64,000 bases of DNA from Candidatus Latescibacterota bacterium. Lineage in GTDB: Bacteria > Latescibacterota > UBA2968. The stretch covers positions 2,048,001 through 2,112,000 of the forward strand of contig OZ242311.1 of assembly GCA_965207885.1 (NCBI GenBank), given 5' to 3'. Under the pieces are notes generated by a model. That model did no database searches. It was not told the origin of the DNA and saw only the letters and a list, made by a program, of their open reading frames with translations. A program made the translations under genes and the position numbers. Position 1 is the stretch's first letter. Each line of letters opens with the position of its first letter. Shown piece after piece: positions 27,343-37,620 of this stretch.

Positions 27343-28212
27343 ATGAACTGGTTTAACAAGCTCAAATCTGGCATTCAGACGCTCGTGCGCAAGCGTATGC
27401 CCGAAAATATCTGGATCAAGTGTGAGCGGTGTGAACAAATAGTTTACCGAAAGAAACTCGAGCAAAATACAGGTATTTGTCCACATTGCAAACATCACTT
27501 TCGCATATCCAGTGCCGAATATATCGCCGCTGTGCTCGATAAAAATTCGTTTGAAGAAATAGGTCAGGAGGTCAAATCGACCGATCCGCTCACATTTGTC
27601 GATCTACAGCCCTATCCCGACCGGCTCAAGGAATATCGCAAACGCACCAATATGGATGCCGCTGTATTGGCTGGCGTGGGTGAGATTAATGGTGCGCCTG
27701 TGGGCATTGCCGTGCATGAATTTGGTTTTATGGGTGGGTCACTCGGTTCGGCTGAAGGAGAGCGAATTTGTCGGGTGATTGATCGATGTATGCGCGATCA
27801 ATTGCCGCTGATTATTGTGTGCCGGTCTGGCGGCGCGCGCATGCAAGAGAGTATTTTTTCGCTAATGCAAATGGCGAAAGTCAATGCCAAATTGTCGCAA
27901 TTTTCAGATGCAGGACTGCTGTTTATTTCCGTTCTGATAGATCCCACAACAGCCGGTGTAAATGCCAGTTATGCATCAATTGGCGATATCAATATCGCCG
28001 AGCCAAATGCGCTGATCGGATTTACTGGGTCGCGTATTACAGGGTCTTCTGTGAGTGCCTCCGAGATGGAAGCTCTGCGGCAGGCACAGCGCGCAGAGCA
28101 AGTGCTCGAACACGGTTTTGTCGATATGATTGTTTCTCGAGATAAAATGAGAGCTACCCTGTCTCAGTTGATTGAAATGTTGAGTAAAGAGCCATCTGAG
28201 GTTACTTCATGA
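27343..28212 (+). CDS. accD: acetyl-CoA carboxylase carboxyltransferase beta subunit
   Basis: WIKCERC..CPHC zinc finger, FMGGSLG, SGGARMQE, DPTTAGV. Confidence 0.96.
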   Translation: MNWFNKLKSGIQTLVRKRMPENIWIKCERCEQIVYRKKLEQNTGICPHCKHHFRISSAEYIAAVLDKNSFEEIGQEVKSTDPLTFVDLQPYPDRLKEYRKRTNMDAAVLAGVGEINGAPVGIAVHEFGFMGGSLGSAEGERICRVIDRCMRDQLPLIIVCRSGGARMQESIFSLMQMAKVNAKLSQFSDAGLLFISVLIDPTTAGVNASYASIGDINIAEPNALIGFTGSRITGSSVSASEMEALRQAQRAEQVLEHGFVDMIVSRDKMRATLSQLIEMLSKEPSEVTS

Positions 28213-28670
28213 AGATTCTCGTTTTACAAGGTCCCAATATCAATATGCTGGGGCGGCGCAAAGCAGAGCATTACGGTACTGTGACAATGGACGAGGTTCA
28301 CGCACGTCTCGAACAAAAAGCGGATGAACTGGATTGCGAGATTGCGTTTTTTCATTCGAATTACGAGGGGGCTCTCGTTGAAAAAGTGCAGGAGATGCGC
28401 GATTCTGTAGATGGTATTCTTATGAATCCCGCAGGGCTGACCACAACAAGCGTGTCGTTGCGAGACGCGCTTGAAGACGCGGGTTTACCACTGGTCGAAA
28501 TTCATTTGTCCAATATCCACGCGCGAGAAACATGGCGGCGGCATTCTCTGTTTTCTGAAATTGCAGTGGGCATTATTGCCGGATTCAGATGGCGAGGCTA
28601 TGTGTCGGCGCTTGAGATGCTGGTTGGCATGCTGCGAGATGAAGTACGAAGTGTGAAGTGTGAAGAGTGA
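28209..28670 (+). CDS. aroQ: type II 3-dehydroquinate dehydratase
   Basis: GPNINMLGRR..YG, SNYEG, NPAG, EIHLSNIHARE. Confidence 0.95.
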   Translation: MKILVLQGPNINMLGRRKAEHYGTVTMDEVHARLEQKADELDCEIAFFHSNYEGALVEKVQEMRDSVDGILMNPAGLTTTSVSLRDALEDAGLPLVEIHLSNIHARETWRRHSLFSEIAVGIIAGFRWRGYVSALEMLVGMLRDEVRSVKCEE

Positions 28671-28680
28671 AGTGAGAAGT
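28641..28680 (+). repeat. GAAGnnn heptamer array across the aroQ stop
   Basis: GAAGTAC GAAGTGT GAAGTGT GAAGAGT GAAGTGA GAAGT. Confidence 0.8.
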
Positions 28681-28801
28681 CCACCCAACACCACTCCAGA
28701 GCGGATGTTTCTTCATCGTGAACTGGTCTGGAACTGCGACCAGTCATGCTCGATTGAACTGCTGTCGCAGTTGTACACCGTTCACTCGCCTTCATACACT
28801 G

Positions 28802-28851
28802 CTTCACCCTTCCTACTTTCCTGATTCCTCCTTCCCTCTTCCCACTTCATT
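28802..28851 (-). repeat. GAAG-heptamer array (minus strand) across the NMNAT stop
   Basis: + strand CTTCACC CTTCCTA CTTTCCTG ATTCCTC CTTCCCT CTTCCCA CTTCATT. Confidence 0.7.
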
Positions 28852-29572
28852 TGTAAAGATCAAATGTCTCAATAAATTGGGCGATAGATTCTGGCACGAG
28901 ATCTGTGATGGGGTCTCCTGCTCGGATGCGTTTGCGTACCTCAGTAGAGGAAATATTGCCAAAGGATGGGGGTAGTTGGAGAGGGTGTACGCGGTTTGCA
29001 AAAGGCGCGCATTCGGGGCGTGACATAAATCTGTAAAAAACTTCTCGCGAAGGATTTTCGCGATTGGCAGATACCATGTGACACAGTGAAAATAGCACTT
29101 TGAGTTCGGCGACCATGTCGGTGTAATAGTGCGGATCAAAGATGCGTATCAGGGTGTCGTGGCCGACGAGAAAGTAGATTTGGGCGTTGGGTGAAAAATG
29201 TGCTCTGAGTGCGTGTGCTTTGTCGATAAAGCGAGCGTGGCTACATCCAGCAATTGACAGGCAGGTGTCCAATTGGGTATCAGAATCCGCGTAATTGGCC
29301 ATCATGGCGAGGCGTTGGCCCAGGTCTGCACCAAAGAGGGCTTTATCGACATTGGTTTTGGCGAGGAGGAGGACGATTTCGTCAAAGTTAAAAGCATTTT
29401 GTGCATGGTGTACAAGTGCTTCGTGGGCGAGGGTGAGCGGGTTGAAGGATGCGTCGAGCACCCCGATATGTTTGGGTTGCCGAGGTGCGGCTCGATGTAC
29501 AAATTGCACCAAAGGGGTATTTTGGGGATCGAGGCTATCCATGAGGATGCGGTAGTTTTCAAGGGTGTTCAT
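28847..29572 (-). CDS. nicotinamide/nicotinate mononucleotide adenylyltransferase (Pof1-like)
   Basis: LDASFNPLTLAH (T/HxxH), GHDTLIRIFDPHYY, ISSTEVRKR. Confidence 0.82.
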   Translation of the reverse strand: MNTLENYRILMDSLDPQNTPLVQFVHRAAPRQPKHIGVLDASFNPLTLAHEALVHHAQNAFNFDEIVLLLAKTNVDKALFGADLGQRLAMMANYADSDTQLDTCLSIAGCSHARFIDKAHALRAHFSPNAQIYFLVGHDTLIRIFDPHYYTDMVAELKVLFSLCHMVSANRENPSREVFYRFMSRPECAPFANRVHPLQLPPSFGNISSTEVRKRIRAGDPITDLVPESIAQFIETFDLYK

Positions 29573-29664
29573 GGTGAGGAAAATTTATGTTAGAGACTGG
29601 TGTGGAGCAAGGAAAAATAACGATTAGCCCAACCACCTCTATCGAAGTGCGTGAGGATATTAAA

Positions 29665-30417
29665 ATGATTTACCGATTGTTTTTAATGGCATTTGTCCTC
29701 TTGTTTGCCTATCCCGTTGTATCGTTGGCATCTGAGCGGGATGTGGAATCTATTGTGAAAAAAATTGACGCGCTCTATCGCAGCAACACCAGCGTGGCTG
29801 ATATGGAGATGCAGATTGTTACGCCGCACTGGGAACGCACGCTGTCGTTGAGGGTGTGGACAGAGGGGATGGATAAGACTTTCATCCGCATTGACGCGCC
29901 CAAAAAGGAAAAGGGCGTTACAACGCTACGCATCGGCAACGAGATGTGGAACTATCTTCCAAAGACCAATAAGGTGATAAAAGTGCCGCCTTCGATGATG
30001 ATGGGGTCGTGGATGGGATCGGATTTCACGAATGATGACCTTGTCAAAGAGTCGTCAATGCTCAACGATTATAGCTACGATTTGATTGTGCCGGATGACG
30101 CGAAACCGGGTCATCTTTACATCCGGTTCATTCCGAAGGAAGATTCTCCAATTGTTTGGGGCAAGCTCATCACGGCTGTGCGGGCAGATGATCTGATTCC
30201 GGTATGGCAACATTTCTACGACGAGAAGGGCAATTTGATGCGGGTCTTGAATTTCAAAGAGATTGTGTCGTTCGGCGGCAAGATGATTCCATCTGTGATG
30301 GAGATGGTGCCGCAGAACAAGGACAGGCATAAAACGGTTATGCGTTATCTCAAGGCCGAGTTTGATGTGCAGATAGATGACGATGTATTCACGAGGCGCA
30401 ATCTTCAGAGGAAATGA
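29665..30417 (+). CDS. outer membrane lipoprotein-sorting (LolA-like) protein
   Basis: Signal peptide, MWNYLP, SWMGSDFTNDD, FTRRNL. Confidence 0.85.
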   Translation: MIYRLFLMAFVLLFAYPVVSLASERDVESIVKKIDALYRSNTSVADMEMQIVTPHWERTLSLRVWTEGMDKTFIRIDAPKKEKGVTTLRIGNEMWNYLPKTNKVIKVPPSMMMGSWMGSDFTNDDLVKESSMLNDYSYDLIVPDDAKPGHLYIRFIPKEDSPIVWGKLITAVRADDLIPVWQHFYDEKGNLMRVLNFKEIVSFGGKMIPSVMEMVPQNKDRHKTVMRYLKAEFDVQIDDDVFTRRNLQRK

Positions 30418-31631
30418 AGATGCTCAAAATAGCATTTCGCAATATCTTTCGTCAAAAGCGTCGCACTATTTTGACTGCGCTTGCAATGATCGTGGGGTTC
30501 ACGCTCTCGTCGGTCTTTATTGGCTGGTCAGACGGCGCGTATTCGGACATTATTTCAATGTTCACGCGGAATCGCATCGGGCATATTCAGGTGCATCGGG
30601 CGGGCTATCTCGACAAGCCTTCACTTTACGATGTGATCGACAGTTATGAATTCATTGGCGAGAAGATTGTCCGGGTTGAGGGCGTTGAGGCGTGGACGCC
30701 GCGCATCTATTCGGCTGGACTCGGTTCGGTAGGCGATAAGACGATGGGGGTGCAAATCATCGGCGTAGATGTGGAGCGCGAGGTGAAAGCCACGCGGTTT
30801 GATCGGAAGATCACCAGTGGGGCGATGTTTTCAGACGCCGCCTCGCGCGAAGCGATTCTCGGCGTTGGGTTGGCGCGCATTCTGAAGGCGGATGTTGGCC
30901 GCGAAATTGTGCTCGTCACACAGGGAACAGATGGTGCTATCGCCAATGATTTGTACACGATTATCGGCATTGCAGAAAGCGGCGATAAAGCGACTGATCG
31001 GATGGCGTGCTATCTCCATATCAATGACGCGCAGGACTTGCTCGTGCTCGACGGGCGCGTTCATGAAATTGCCGTGATCGTCAAGGCGTTGGATCGCGTC
31101 CCCAAAATCACCGCGGCGATTGAGGCGCAGATCAACGACACAACACTCGAGGTGTCGCCGTGGCAGGTCGTCGCCAAATCATTTTATCGCGCGATGCAGG
31201 CCGATAGACAGGGTGATCTTATCGGGCGCATGATTATTATGCTGATTGTCGCTATTGGTGTGCTGAATACGGTGCTGATGTCTGTGCTGGAGCGCACGCG
31301 AGAGTACGGCGTGTTGAAAGCGATGGGGACAAAGCCGGGCCAGATATTTGGAGTGGTGGTGGCAGAGGTGACATTCATCGCGCTTGGCAGCATTGTCATT
31401 GGCGCGCTGTTCGGTGCGGGTCTCAATTACTTGCTGTCGATCTACGGCATCTCACTGCCGCAAGAGTTTTCCTATGGCGGTATTGTGTTTCAGACGATGT
31501 ACGCCGCGGTCACTGTGCGAAGTCTTGCAATTCCCGCAGTTACGGTCCTTATCTCGGCTGTTTTGGTCAGCCTGTTTCCCGCGCTGAGAGCAGCGCGAAT
31601 TGCCCCAGCCAGCGCGATGAGGACGCATTAG
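30414..31631 (+). CDS. LolC/E (MacB/FtsX-type) ABC permease
   Basis: AFRNIFRQKRRT, NTVLMSVLERTREYGVLKAMG, FPALRAA. Confidence 0.9.
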   Translation: MKMLKIAFRNIFRQKRRTILTALAMIVGFTLSSVFIGWSDGAYSDIISMFTRNRIGHIQVHRAGYLDKPSLYDVIDSYEFIGEKIVRVEGVEAWTPRIYSAGLGSVGDKTMGVQIIGVDVEREVKATRFDRKITSGAMFSDAASREAILGVGLARILKADVGREIVLVTQGTDGAIANDLYTIIGIAESGDKATDRMACYLHINDAQDLLVLDGRVHEIAVIVKALDRVPKITAAIEAQINDTTLEVSPWQVVAKSFYRAMQADRQGDLIGRMIIMLIVAIGVLNTVLMSVLERTREYGVLKAMGTKPGQIFGVVVAEVTFIALGSIVIGALFGAGLNYLLSIYGISLPQEFSYGGIVFQTMYAAVTVRSLAIPAVTVLISAVLVSLFPALRAARIAPASAMRTH

Positions 31632-31636
31632 GAACT

Positions 31637-32866
31637 ATGTCCTGGATACTGATAAAGCTCGCGTGGAAGAATCTCTTTCGGCATAAACGTCGCTCCATCA
31701 TTGCTGCAACAGCTATGGGAATTGGACTTGCGGCACTTATCTTTGCCGATGCGCTCTGGTTGGGGATGGAGCAGAACATGGTCAAAACGGCGACGGCGTC
31801 ATTTCTGGGAGATGGACAGATTCATCGAGAGGGATTTTCCGATGAGCAAGCAGTTGAGTTGACAATTAATCAGCTCGATGCGGTGGTCGCCAATCTTCGG
31901 CGGGAAGGTATCGTGGCGCACTTCACCTTGCGGACGTTTGCCTTTGGTATGATAACTTCACCTGCAACCGTCGCGGCGGTCAATCTCGTGGGCGTCGAAC
32001 CATCTACCGAGCGGTATTTATCTCAAATTGACGATGCGATTATTGAAGGCGCGTATTTTGAGGGATCAAATTTGCGGGACATTGTCATGGGTGAGGAACT
32101 TGTGGAACGCCTTGAGGTGGGCTTAAACGACAGGGTTGTCGTGACGATGGCGCAAGCCGGGAGCGGCGATCTCTCGCAAGAGATGTTTCGCGTTTCTGGA
32201 ATTTATCGTTTTGCCGACGAGGGGATGAACAGCGGCATGGCGTTTATTCGATTGGGGAAGGCGCAGCAGATGCTCGCTCTCGGCGCAGGGGCGCACGAAA
32301 TCGCGCTGAAGTTCATCGATTCGATATCCGCCGAGGATCAGAATCTGTTGTTTTGGAAAACTTATTCGCAAGGGGGAAACAAAGCGCGCAGTTGGACAGA
32401 GGTTTTGCCAGAGGTGCAAGCGATGTTCGAGATGTCGAAATTCAGCAAGTACATTATGGGCTTTGTGCTGTTTGGCGTGGTTGTTTTTGGCATTGTCAAT
32501 ACGCTGTTTATGTCGCTTTACGAACGGATGTTTGAATTTGGCGTGTTGCGTGCAATTGGCACGCGTCCGTTTGGCATGGCGCGGCTGATTCTGTTTGAGG
32601 CAGGGGCATTGGCTGTTCTGGGTATTATTTTGGGTACGATTTTTGGGTTCTGTGTCACTTTAATTTTTGCAACAATTGGTATTGACTACACGGGGATCGA
32701 GATGATGGGCATCACCATGCAAGAGTTGATCTATCCGGAGATGCGTATTCAGCCGTTTATTTTTTATTCGATCTGGATCTTTGTTTTTACAATTATCGCA
32801 GGGCTGTATCCGGCGCGGTATGCGGCGAAGATGTCTGCGGCGACGGCGATGCGAAGAAGTTTCTGA
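31637..32866 (+). CDS. LolC/E (MacB/FtsX-type) ABC permease
   Basis: AWKNLFRHKRRS, NTLFMSLYERMFEFGVLRAIG, YPARYAA. Confidence 0.9.
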   Translation: MSWILIKLAWKNLFRHKRRSIIAATAMGIGLAALIFADALWLGMEQNMVKTATASFLGDGQIHREGFSDEQAVELTINQLDAVVANLRREGIVAHFTLRTFAFGMITSPATVAAVNLVGVEPSTERYLSQIDDAIIEGAYFEGSNLRDIVMGEELVERLEVGLNDRVVVTMAQAGSGDLSQEMFRVSGIYRFADEGMNSGMAFIRLGKAQQMLALGAGAHEIALKFIDSISAEDQNLLFWKTYSQGGNKARSWTEVLPEVQAMFEMSKFSKYIMGFVLFGVVVFGIVNTLFMSLYERMFEFGVLRAIGTRPFGMARLILFEAGALAVLGIILGTIFGFCVTLIFATIGIDYTGIEMMGITMQELIYPEMRIQPFIFYSIWIFVFTIIAGLYPARYAAKMSAATAMRRSF

Positions 32867-32879
32867 AGAGGATATCGCG

Positions 32880-33569
32880 GTGTCTGTAATTGTGACAGAA
32901 GGGGTGACCAGAGTTTATTCGGGCGATGGCGTGCCCGTTCACGCCTTGCGCGGGGTTGATCTGACCATTGAGCGCGGCGAATTTGCAGCGTTGGTTGGAC
33001 CTTCTGGATCGGGGAAAACGACTTTTCTCAATATCATCTCCGGGCTGGATACACCAACAGATGGAAAGGTATGGCTCAATGGCAAACTTTTGTCGCGTAT
33101 GAGCGGTAACGCACTTTCGGATTTTCGGCGAGACAATATCGGATTTATTTTTCAAGCGTACAATTTGATTCCGGTGCTGACTGTCGAGGAAAATATTGAG
33201 TATATTATGCTCCTGCAAAAGATACCCAAATCTGAGCGGCACGAGCGCGTACTGGCGATACTGAATGAGGTGGGATTGGGTGGGATGGCGAGTCGCAAGC
33301 CGACACAACTTTCGGGTGGACAGCAACAGCGGGTCGCGATTGCACGGGCTATGGTGTCTCAGCCAGCGATTATTCTGGCGGATGAACCGACGGCGAATCT
33401 CGATTCAAAGATTGGCGCAGAGTTGCTCGATATGATGTATCGGCTCAATACGCAGACTGGAATGACATTTATTTTTTCTACACATGATCCGATGGTGATG
33501 GCGCGTGCGAGGCGGCTGATTGCGCTGAAAGACGGAGAGATTGAGCGCGATGAGGTAGGGGTACCATGA
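32880..33569 (+). CDS. LolD-like ABC transporter ATP-binding protein
   Basis: GPSGSGKT, FIFQAYNL, LSGGQQQR, LADEPTANLD, STHD. Confidence 0.93.
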   Translation: MSVIVTEGVTRVYSGDGVPVHALRGVDLTIERGEFAALVGPSGSGKTTFLNIISGLDTPTDGKVWLNGKLLSRMSGNALSDFRRDNIGFIFQAYNLIPVLTVEENIEYIMLLQKIPKSERHERVLAILNEVGLGGMASRKPTQLSGGQQQRVAIARAMVSQPAIILADEPTANLDSKIGAELLDMMYRLNTQTGMTFIFSTHDPMVMARARRLIALKDGEIERDEVGVP

Positions 33570-34747
33570 GATGGCTTGTTGGGCCAATGATCGCGCTTTT
33601 GCCACACGTCGGCATGGCTGCACAACTGAGCGGTTTTTACAAGGGTTTTTCCGTCGCTTTTGATTCGCCACAGGTGGGTGTTCCTATAAAGGGTATGGTG
33701 AGTAATCGGCTGCGGTTCAATCTCGCCAATTCGTTCAGCGAGCACATCTCGGTTGATCTCGCCTACGACTTTATCCTGCGTATTCAGGATTCAACGTTGT
33801 TTGAGAATCAGGCGGAGATTCTTACTATTGACCCGCACGATTATCGCGTTGCCGATCTGGAGTCACCTATTTATCCCGGCGATAATGATCCCATCGGCAG
33901 CGTTGGCGTGTTTCAAAACTTCGACCGAGCTAATGTGACAGCGCGTTTGTCATTTGCAGATGTGATTGTCGGGCGTCAGGCGATTGCGTGGGGAAGTGCG
34001 CGGGTCGTCAATCCGACGGATGTGATCGCGCCGTTTACATATAGTGAATTGGATACGGAAGACCGCTCAGGTGTCGATGCCGTGCGCGTGCGCGTCCCGA
34101 TTGGAGCACTGAGCGAAGTCGATGTGGGGTATGTGTTTGGACGAGACTTCGCGGGTGATCGGAGTGCGTTTTTTGCTCGCGGTCAATTCAATGTGTCGGA
34201 GACCGATATGTCGCCGCTACTCGTCCGTTTCCGCGAGCAGTTGCTCTTTGGTATTGATGTTGCTCGTGGCATTGGAAGTGTTGGGGCGTGGATAGAGGGT
34301 GCTCGCGTTTTTTCGATGGGACGAGATGCGAACGACTATTTTCGCGTATCTACGGGCATGGATTACAGCTTCGGTGGCGAGACTTATGGGTTCATCGAAT
34401 ACCACTTCAACGGAGCGGGGGTGCGCGACCCTGAAGATTATCTCGTCAATTTAAATCGCCCGACATATCGCGATGCTGCTGTCTATCTTATGGGCGCCCA
34501 CTACTTCGCGCTTGGCGCCACCCACCAACTTACGCCGCTGGTCGCGTTGAGCGGACAGTTTCTCGCAAATGTCACTGATTCGTCGTTCTTTTTTGCACCT
34601 GCTATCGAATACAATATCGAGCAGGATTTCTACCTTTCTGGGGGTGCGTTTATAGGTATTGGCGATCGCCCACAAGGTGAGCATTTCCAATCCGAGTTCG
34701 GCGGGTATTCCAATATCCTGTTTTTTTCGTTCCGAATTTATTACTGA
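33566..34747 (+). CDS. putative outer-membrane beta-barrel associated with the Lol-like operon
   Basis: Signal peptide, VGRQAIAWG..NPTD, GVDAVR, terminal aromatic FRIYY. Confidence 0.7.
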   Translation: MRWLVGPMIALLPHVGMAAQLSGFYKGFSVAFDSPQVGVPIKGMVSNRLRFNLANSFSEHISVDLAYDFILRIQDSTLFENQAEILTIDPHDYRVADLESPIYPGDNDPIGSVGVFQNFDRANVTARLSFADVIVGRQAIAWGSARVVNPTDVIAPFTYSELDTEDRSGVDAVRVRVPIGALSEVDVGYVFGRDFAGDRSAFFARGQFNVSETDMSPLLVRFREQLLFGIDVARGIGSVGAWIEGARVFSMGRDANDYFRVSTGMDYSFGGETYGFIEYHFNGAGVRDPEDYLVNLNRPTYRDAAVYLMGAHYFALGATHQLTPLVALSGQFLANVTDSSFFFAPAIEYNIEQDFYLSGGAFIGIGDRPQGEHFQSEFGGYSNILFFSFRIYY

Positions 34748-34853
34748 CGCGATTCAGACTTTGATCATTTTCCTTGACTTCACCTTCACAACGCGTTTTC
34801 ATATCAGCGCAACTGAGATAACTGACAACAGTTTTTTATCAGGAGGTAATACG

Positions 34854-35717
34854 ATGCATGTGGGTATGCGAATCCCGCCGATGGGGCGGGAAATGGGGTT
34901 GGATGGAATTATTCAATGGGCATCAGAAAACGGTTTGGGGTCAATTGATTTGCCCGAAGTAGATGCTGAAATTCGCAGGATGTGTGACAGTGCTGAGATT
35001 GGGATTGGCTCTGTGGATTGGGGGGCCGGAGGTGGATTGTTGAGCAAAGATGATGGTGCGCGAGAAGAAGCTGTGGCCGCGATGAAGGCGCGCATTCAAG
35101 CGGTTGGGGCATATGGTTCAGGGGTGATTTTTTTGTGTCTGGCTCCCGATGACCGGTTGCAGGCTCGGGCTGAGACCTTTGAGGTGTTTAAGCAGGTCTA
35201 TCCAGAGATTGTGGAAGAGGCAGAAGCACACGAGGTTTTTCTCGCGATTGAACCCTGGCCTGGTCCGGCACCAGCATACCCAAATTTGGGTTGTACGCCC
35301 GAGACTTTGCGGGCGATTTTTGAGGTTGTTCCGTCACCCAATCTGGGGATTTGTTACGATCCGTCGCATTTCGCGCGTATCGGGGTTGATTACAAGCGGT
35401 TGCTGATGGAGTTTGGCAGCCGGGTGCGGCATGTGCATGCAAAGGATACCGAGTTGTTGGCGGATGGCCTGTACGAGTTTGGCTGTTTGGGCCAATCGTT
35501 TGGTCAGCGCTATGGTTATGGCGAGGGGTGGTGGCGTTACTGCATTCCCGGATGGGGGGTGGTGGATTGGAGATGGGTGATTGCGCGTCTGGAAGAATTG
35601 GGCTATGACGGGCCGTTGGCCATTGAATTGGAAGACCATCGCTACAGCGGCAGTGCCGAAAAGAATGCGGCAGGTATTTTGGCAGCAAAAAGCTACCTCG
35701 AAGATATTTTGGGATGA
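34854..35717 (+). CDS. sugar phosphate isomerase/epimerase (TIM barrel)
   Basis: AIEPWP, YDPSH, HVHAKD, PGWGVVDW, IELED; AGGAGG RBS. Confidence 0.85.
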   Translation: MHVGMRIPPMGREMGLDGIIQWASENGLGSIDLPEVDAEIRRMCDSAEIGIGSVDWGAGGGLLSKDDGAREEAVAAMKARIQAVGAYGSGVIFLCLAPDDRLQARAETFEVFKQVYPEIVEEAEAHEVFLAIEPWPGPAPAYPNLGCTPETLRAIFEVVPSPNLGICYDPSHFARIGVDYKRLLMEFGSRVRHVHAKDTELLADGLYEFGCLGQSFGQRYGYGEGWWRYCIPGWGVVDWRWVIARLEELGYDGPLAIELEDHRYSGSAEKNAAGILAAKSYLEDILG

Positions 35718-35733
35718 ACTGCTCGATAAGGTT

Positions 35734-35768
35734 AAGCCCCCACAAGCGATATACTGTGGGGGCTTTTT
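35734..35768. terminator. terminator between convergent genes
   Basis: AAGCCCCCACA...TGTGGGGGCTTTTT. Confidence 0.75.
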
Positions 35769-35787
35769 GTTTTTTAAACAGTGTTAC

Positions 35788-36675
35788 TTAGCTCGATAGG
35801 GCGCGTTTCATTGTTGCGCCCATTTCGGCGGGGCTTTCGCACACGTGAATGCCGGCTTCTTGAAGCGCGGCCATTTTGTCGGCGGCGGTGCCCTGTCCGC
35901 CAGAGATAATTGCGCCCGCATGCCCCATGCGTCGTCCCGGAGGTGCTGTTTGGCCCGCGATAAAACTGACCACGGGTTTGCCAAAGTGCGCTTTGACATA
36001 AGCGGCGGCTTCTTCTTCGGCGGTGCCGCCAATTTCCCCGATCATGATGACGGCGTCTGTGTCGGGGTCGTCCTTGAAGAGCGCGAGGCAGTCTGTAAAG
36101 GTCGTGCCGATAATGGGGTCGCCGCCGATTCCCACACACGACGATTGACCAAAGCCACTATCGGTGAGTTGGGAGACCGCTTCATAGGTGAGTGTGCCGC
36201 TGCGCGAAATGACACCAATGCGACCTTCGCGGTGAATCGCGCCGGGCATAATGCCGATTTTGCACTTGCCAGGAGAAATCAGGCCCGGACAATTGGGGCC
36301 GATCAAACGCGTGTTTTTATCGGCCATATAGTGTTTGGCTTTTAGCATGTCGAGCACGGGTATGTTCTCAGAGATGCAAACGACCAGAGGTAGGCCTGCA
36401 TCGGTCGCTTCCATGATGGTGTCGGCTGCAAAGGGTGCGGGAACAAAATTGGCCGATGCCGTGGCACCTGTTTGTTCTACTGCATCGGATACAGTATCAA
36501 AAACGGGTATGCCATCCACGCTCTCGCGGCCTTTGCCCGCGTTGACCACGCCGACGACTTGCGTGCCGTAATCTACCATTTGTTGCAGGTGAAATCGCGC
36601 TTCGCCACCCATTGCTCTGCTGCTGGAAAAGCTCTGGACGATCACGCGGGTGTTGTTGTCAATGAGGATGCTCAT
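35788..36675 (-). CDS. sucD: succinate--CoA ligase alpha subunit
   Basis: [36 protein letters not shown]. Confidence 0.93.
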   Translation of the reverse strand: MSILIDNNTRVIVQSFSSSRAMGGEARFHLQQMVDYGTQVVGVVNAGKGRESVDGIPVFDTVSDAVEQTGATASANFVPAPFAADTIMEATDAGLPLVVCISENIPVLDMLKAKHYMADKNTRLIGPNCPGLISPGKCKIGIMPGAIHREGRIGVISRSGTLTYEAVSQLTDSGFGQSSCVGIGGDPIIGTTFTDCLALFKDDPDTDAVIMIGEIGGTAEEEAAAYVKAHFGKPVVSFIAGQTAPPGRRMGHAGAIISGGQGTAADKMAALQEAGIHVCESPAEMGATMKRALSS

Positions 36676-36751
36676 AAAACTTGTCCTTGTGGTTGAAATA
36701 CGAATCAACGAAGGGATTCGCACTGACTTTGGGTGGCTGGGTGGGGTTCGT

Positions 36752-37447
36752 CTATTCGTCTATTCGCGCTTCTTTAGTTCGTTCTTCGATTGTGCCATCT
36801 GTTTTGCCGATGATGATGCGATCTGTTAGACCTATAAAAAGACCGCATTCGACCACGCCGCATATGGCGTTGATTTTTGCTTCGAGCATGGGCGGGTCGT
36901 CAATGCGACCAAAATCGCAATCGATGATGTAATTGCCGTTGTCTGTGACAAAAGGCGTGTTGTCCTGCGCGTTGCGAAGCGTGGGATGACAGCCCAGGTC
37001 TGCGAGCAGGCGTTGTATGGCTTGCCAGCCAAAGGGAATGACTTCAACGGGCAGGGGAAAAGCGCCCAGGTGCGCTACGGGTTTGGATTCGTCGGCGACG
37101 ATGATTTCCCTGTCGGATAGAGAGGCGACGATTTTTTCTCGCAAAAGCGCGCCACCGCCACCTTTTATGAGGTTAAAGTCCGGGTCAAATTCATCCGCGC
37201 CGTCAATGGTCAGGTCAATGCGGGTAACTTTGCCGAAGTCGGTGAGTGGGATATTTTCCGATTCCGCCTGAATGCGCGATTGCTCTGAGGTGGGTATGCC
37301 ACATATATCGAGCCCTTCAGCGATGCGCTGGCCGAGTTTTTGAATTGCAAAAAAAGCCGTTGATCCTGTGCCCAGACCGACGACCATGCCATCTTCTACA
37401 TATTCGGCAGCCCGTTCTCCTGCTAATTGCTTGGGGTTAATGGTCAT
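36752..37447 (-). CDS. rpiA: ribose-5-phosphate isomerase A
   Basis: [34 protein letters not shown]. Confidence 0.97.
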   Translation of the reverse strand: MTINPKQLAGERAAEYVEDGMVVGLGTGSTAFFAIQKLGQRIAEGLDICGIPTSEQSRIQAESENIPLTDFGKVTRIDLTIDGADEFDPDFNLIKGGGGALLREKIVASLSDREIIVADESKPVAHLGAFPLPVEVIPFGWQAIQRLLADLGCHPTLRNAQDNTPFVTDNGNYIIDCDFGRIDDPPMLEAKINAICGVVECGLFIGLTDRIIIGKTDGTIEERTKEARIDE

Positions 37448-37620
37448 ATCTGTTCCATCCTTCATAATAAAAACAAGCAGAAGATAAACGGAAGATAGTG
37501 ATTTGGCAATGATTTTGACTCAGACAGGCACGGTATTTTTCTATTTATTTTTTTTAAAAATTGTCATACTCTATCAAATAGGCAGGGCAAAGTTGAATAT
37601 GATTAAATTCGGAGAAAAAT

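Noticed and set aside
28681-28800. Integron attC site
   Set aside because: An RYYYAAC (ACCCAAC) is present, but there is no matching GTTRRRY end, cassette array or integrase.
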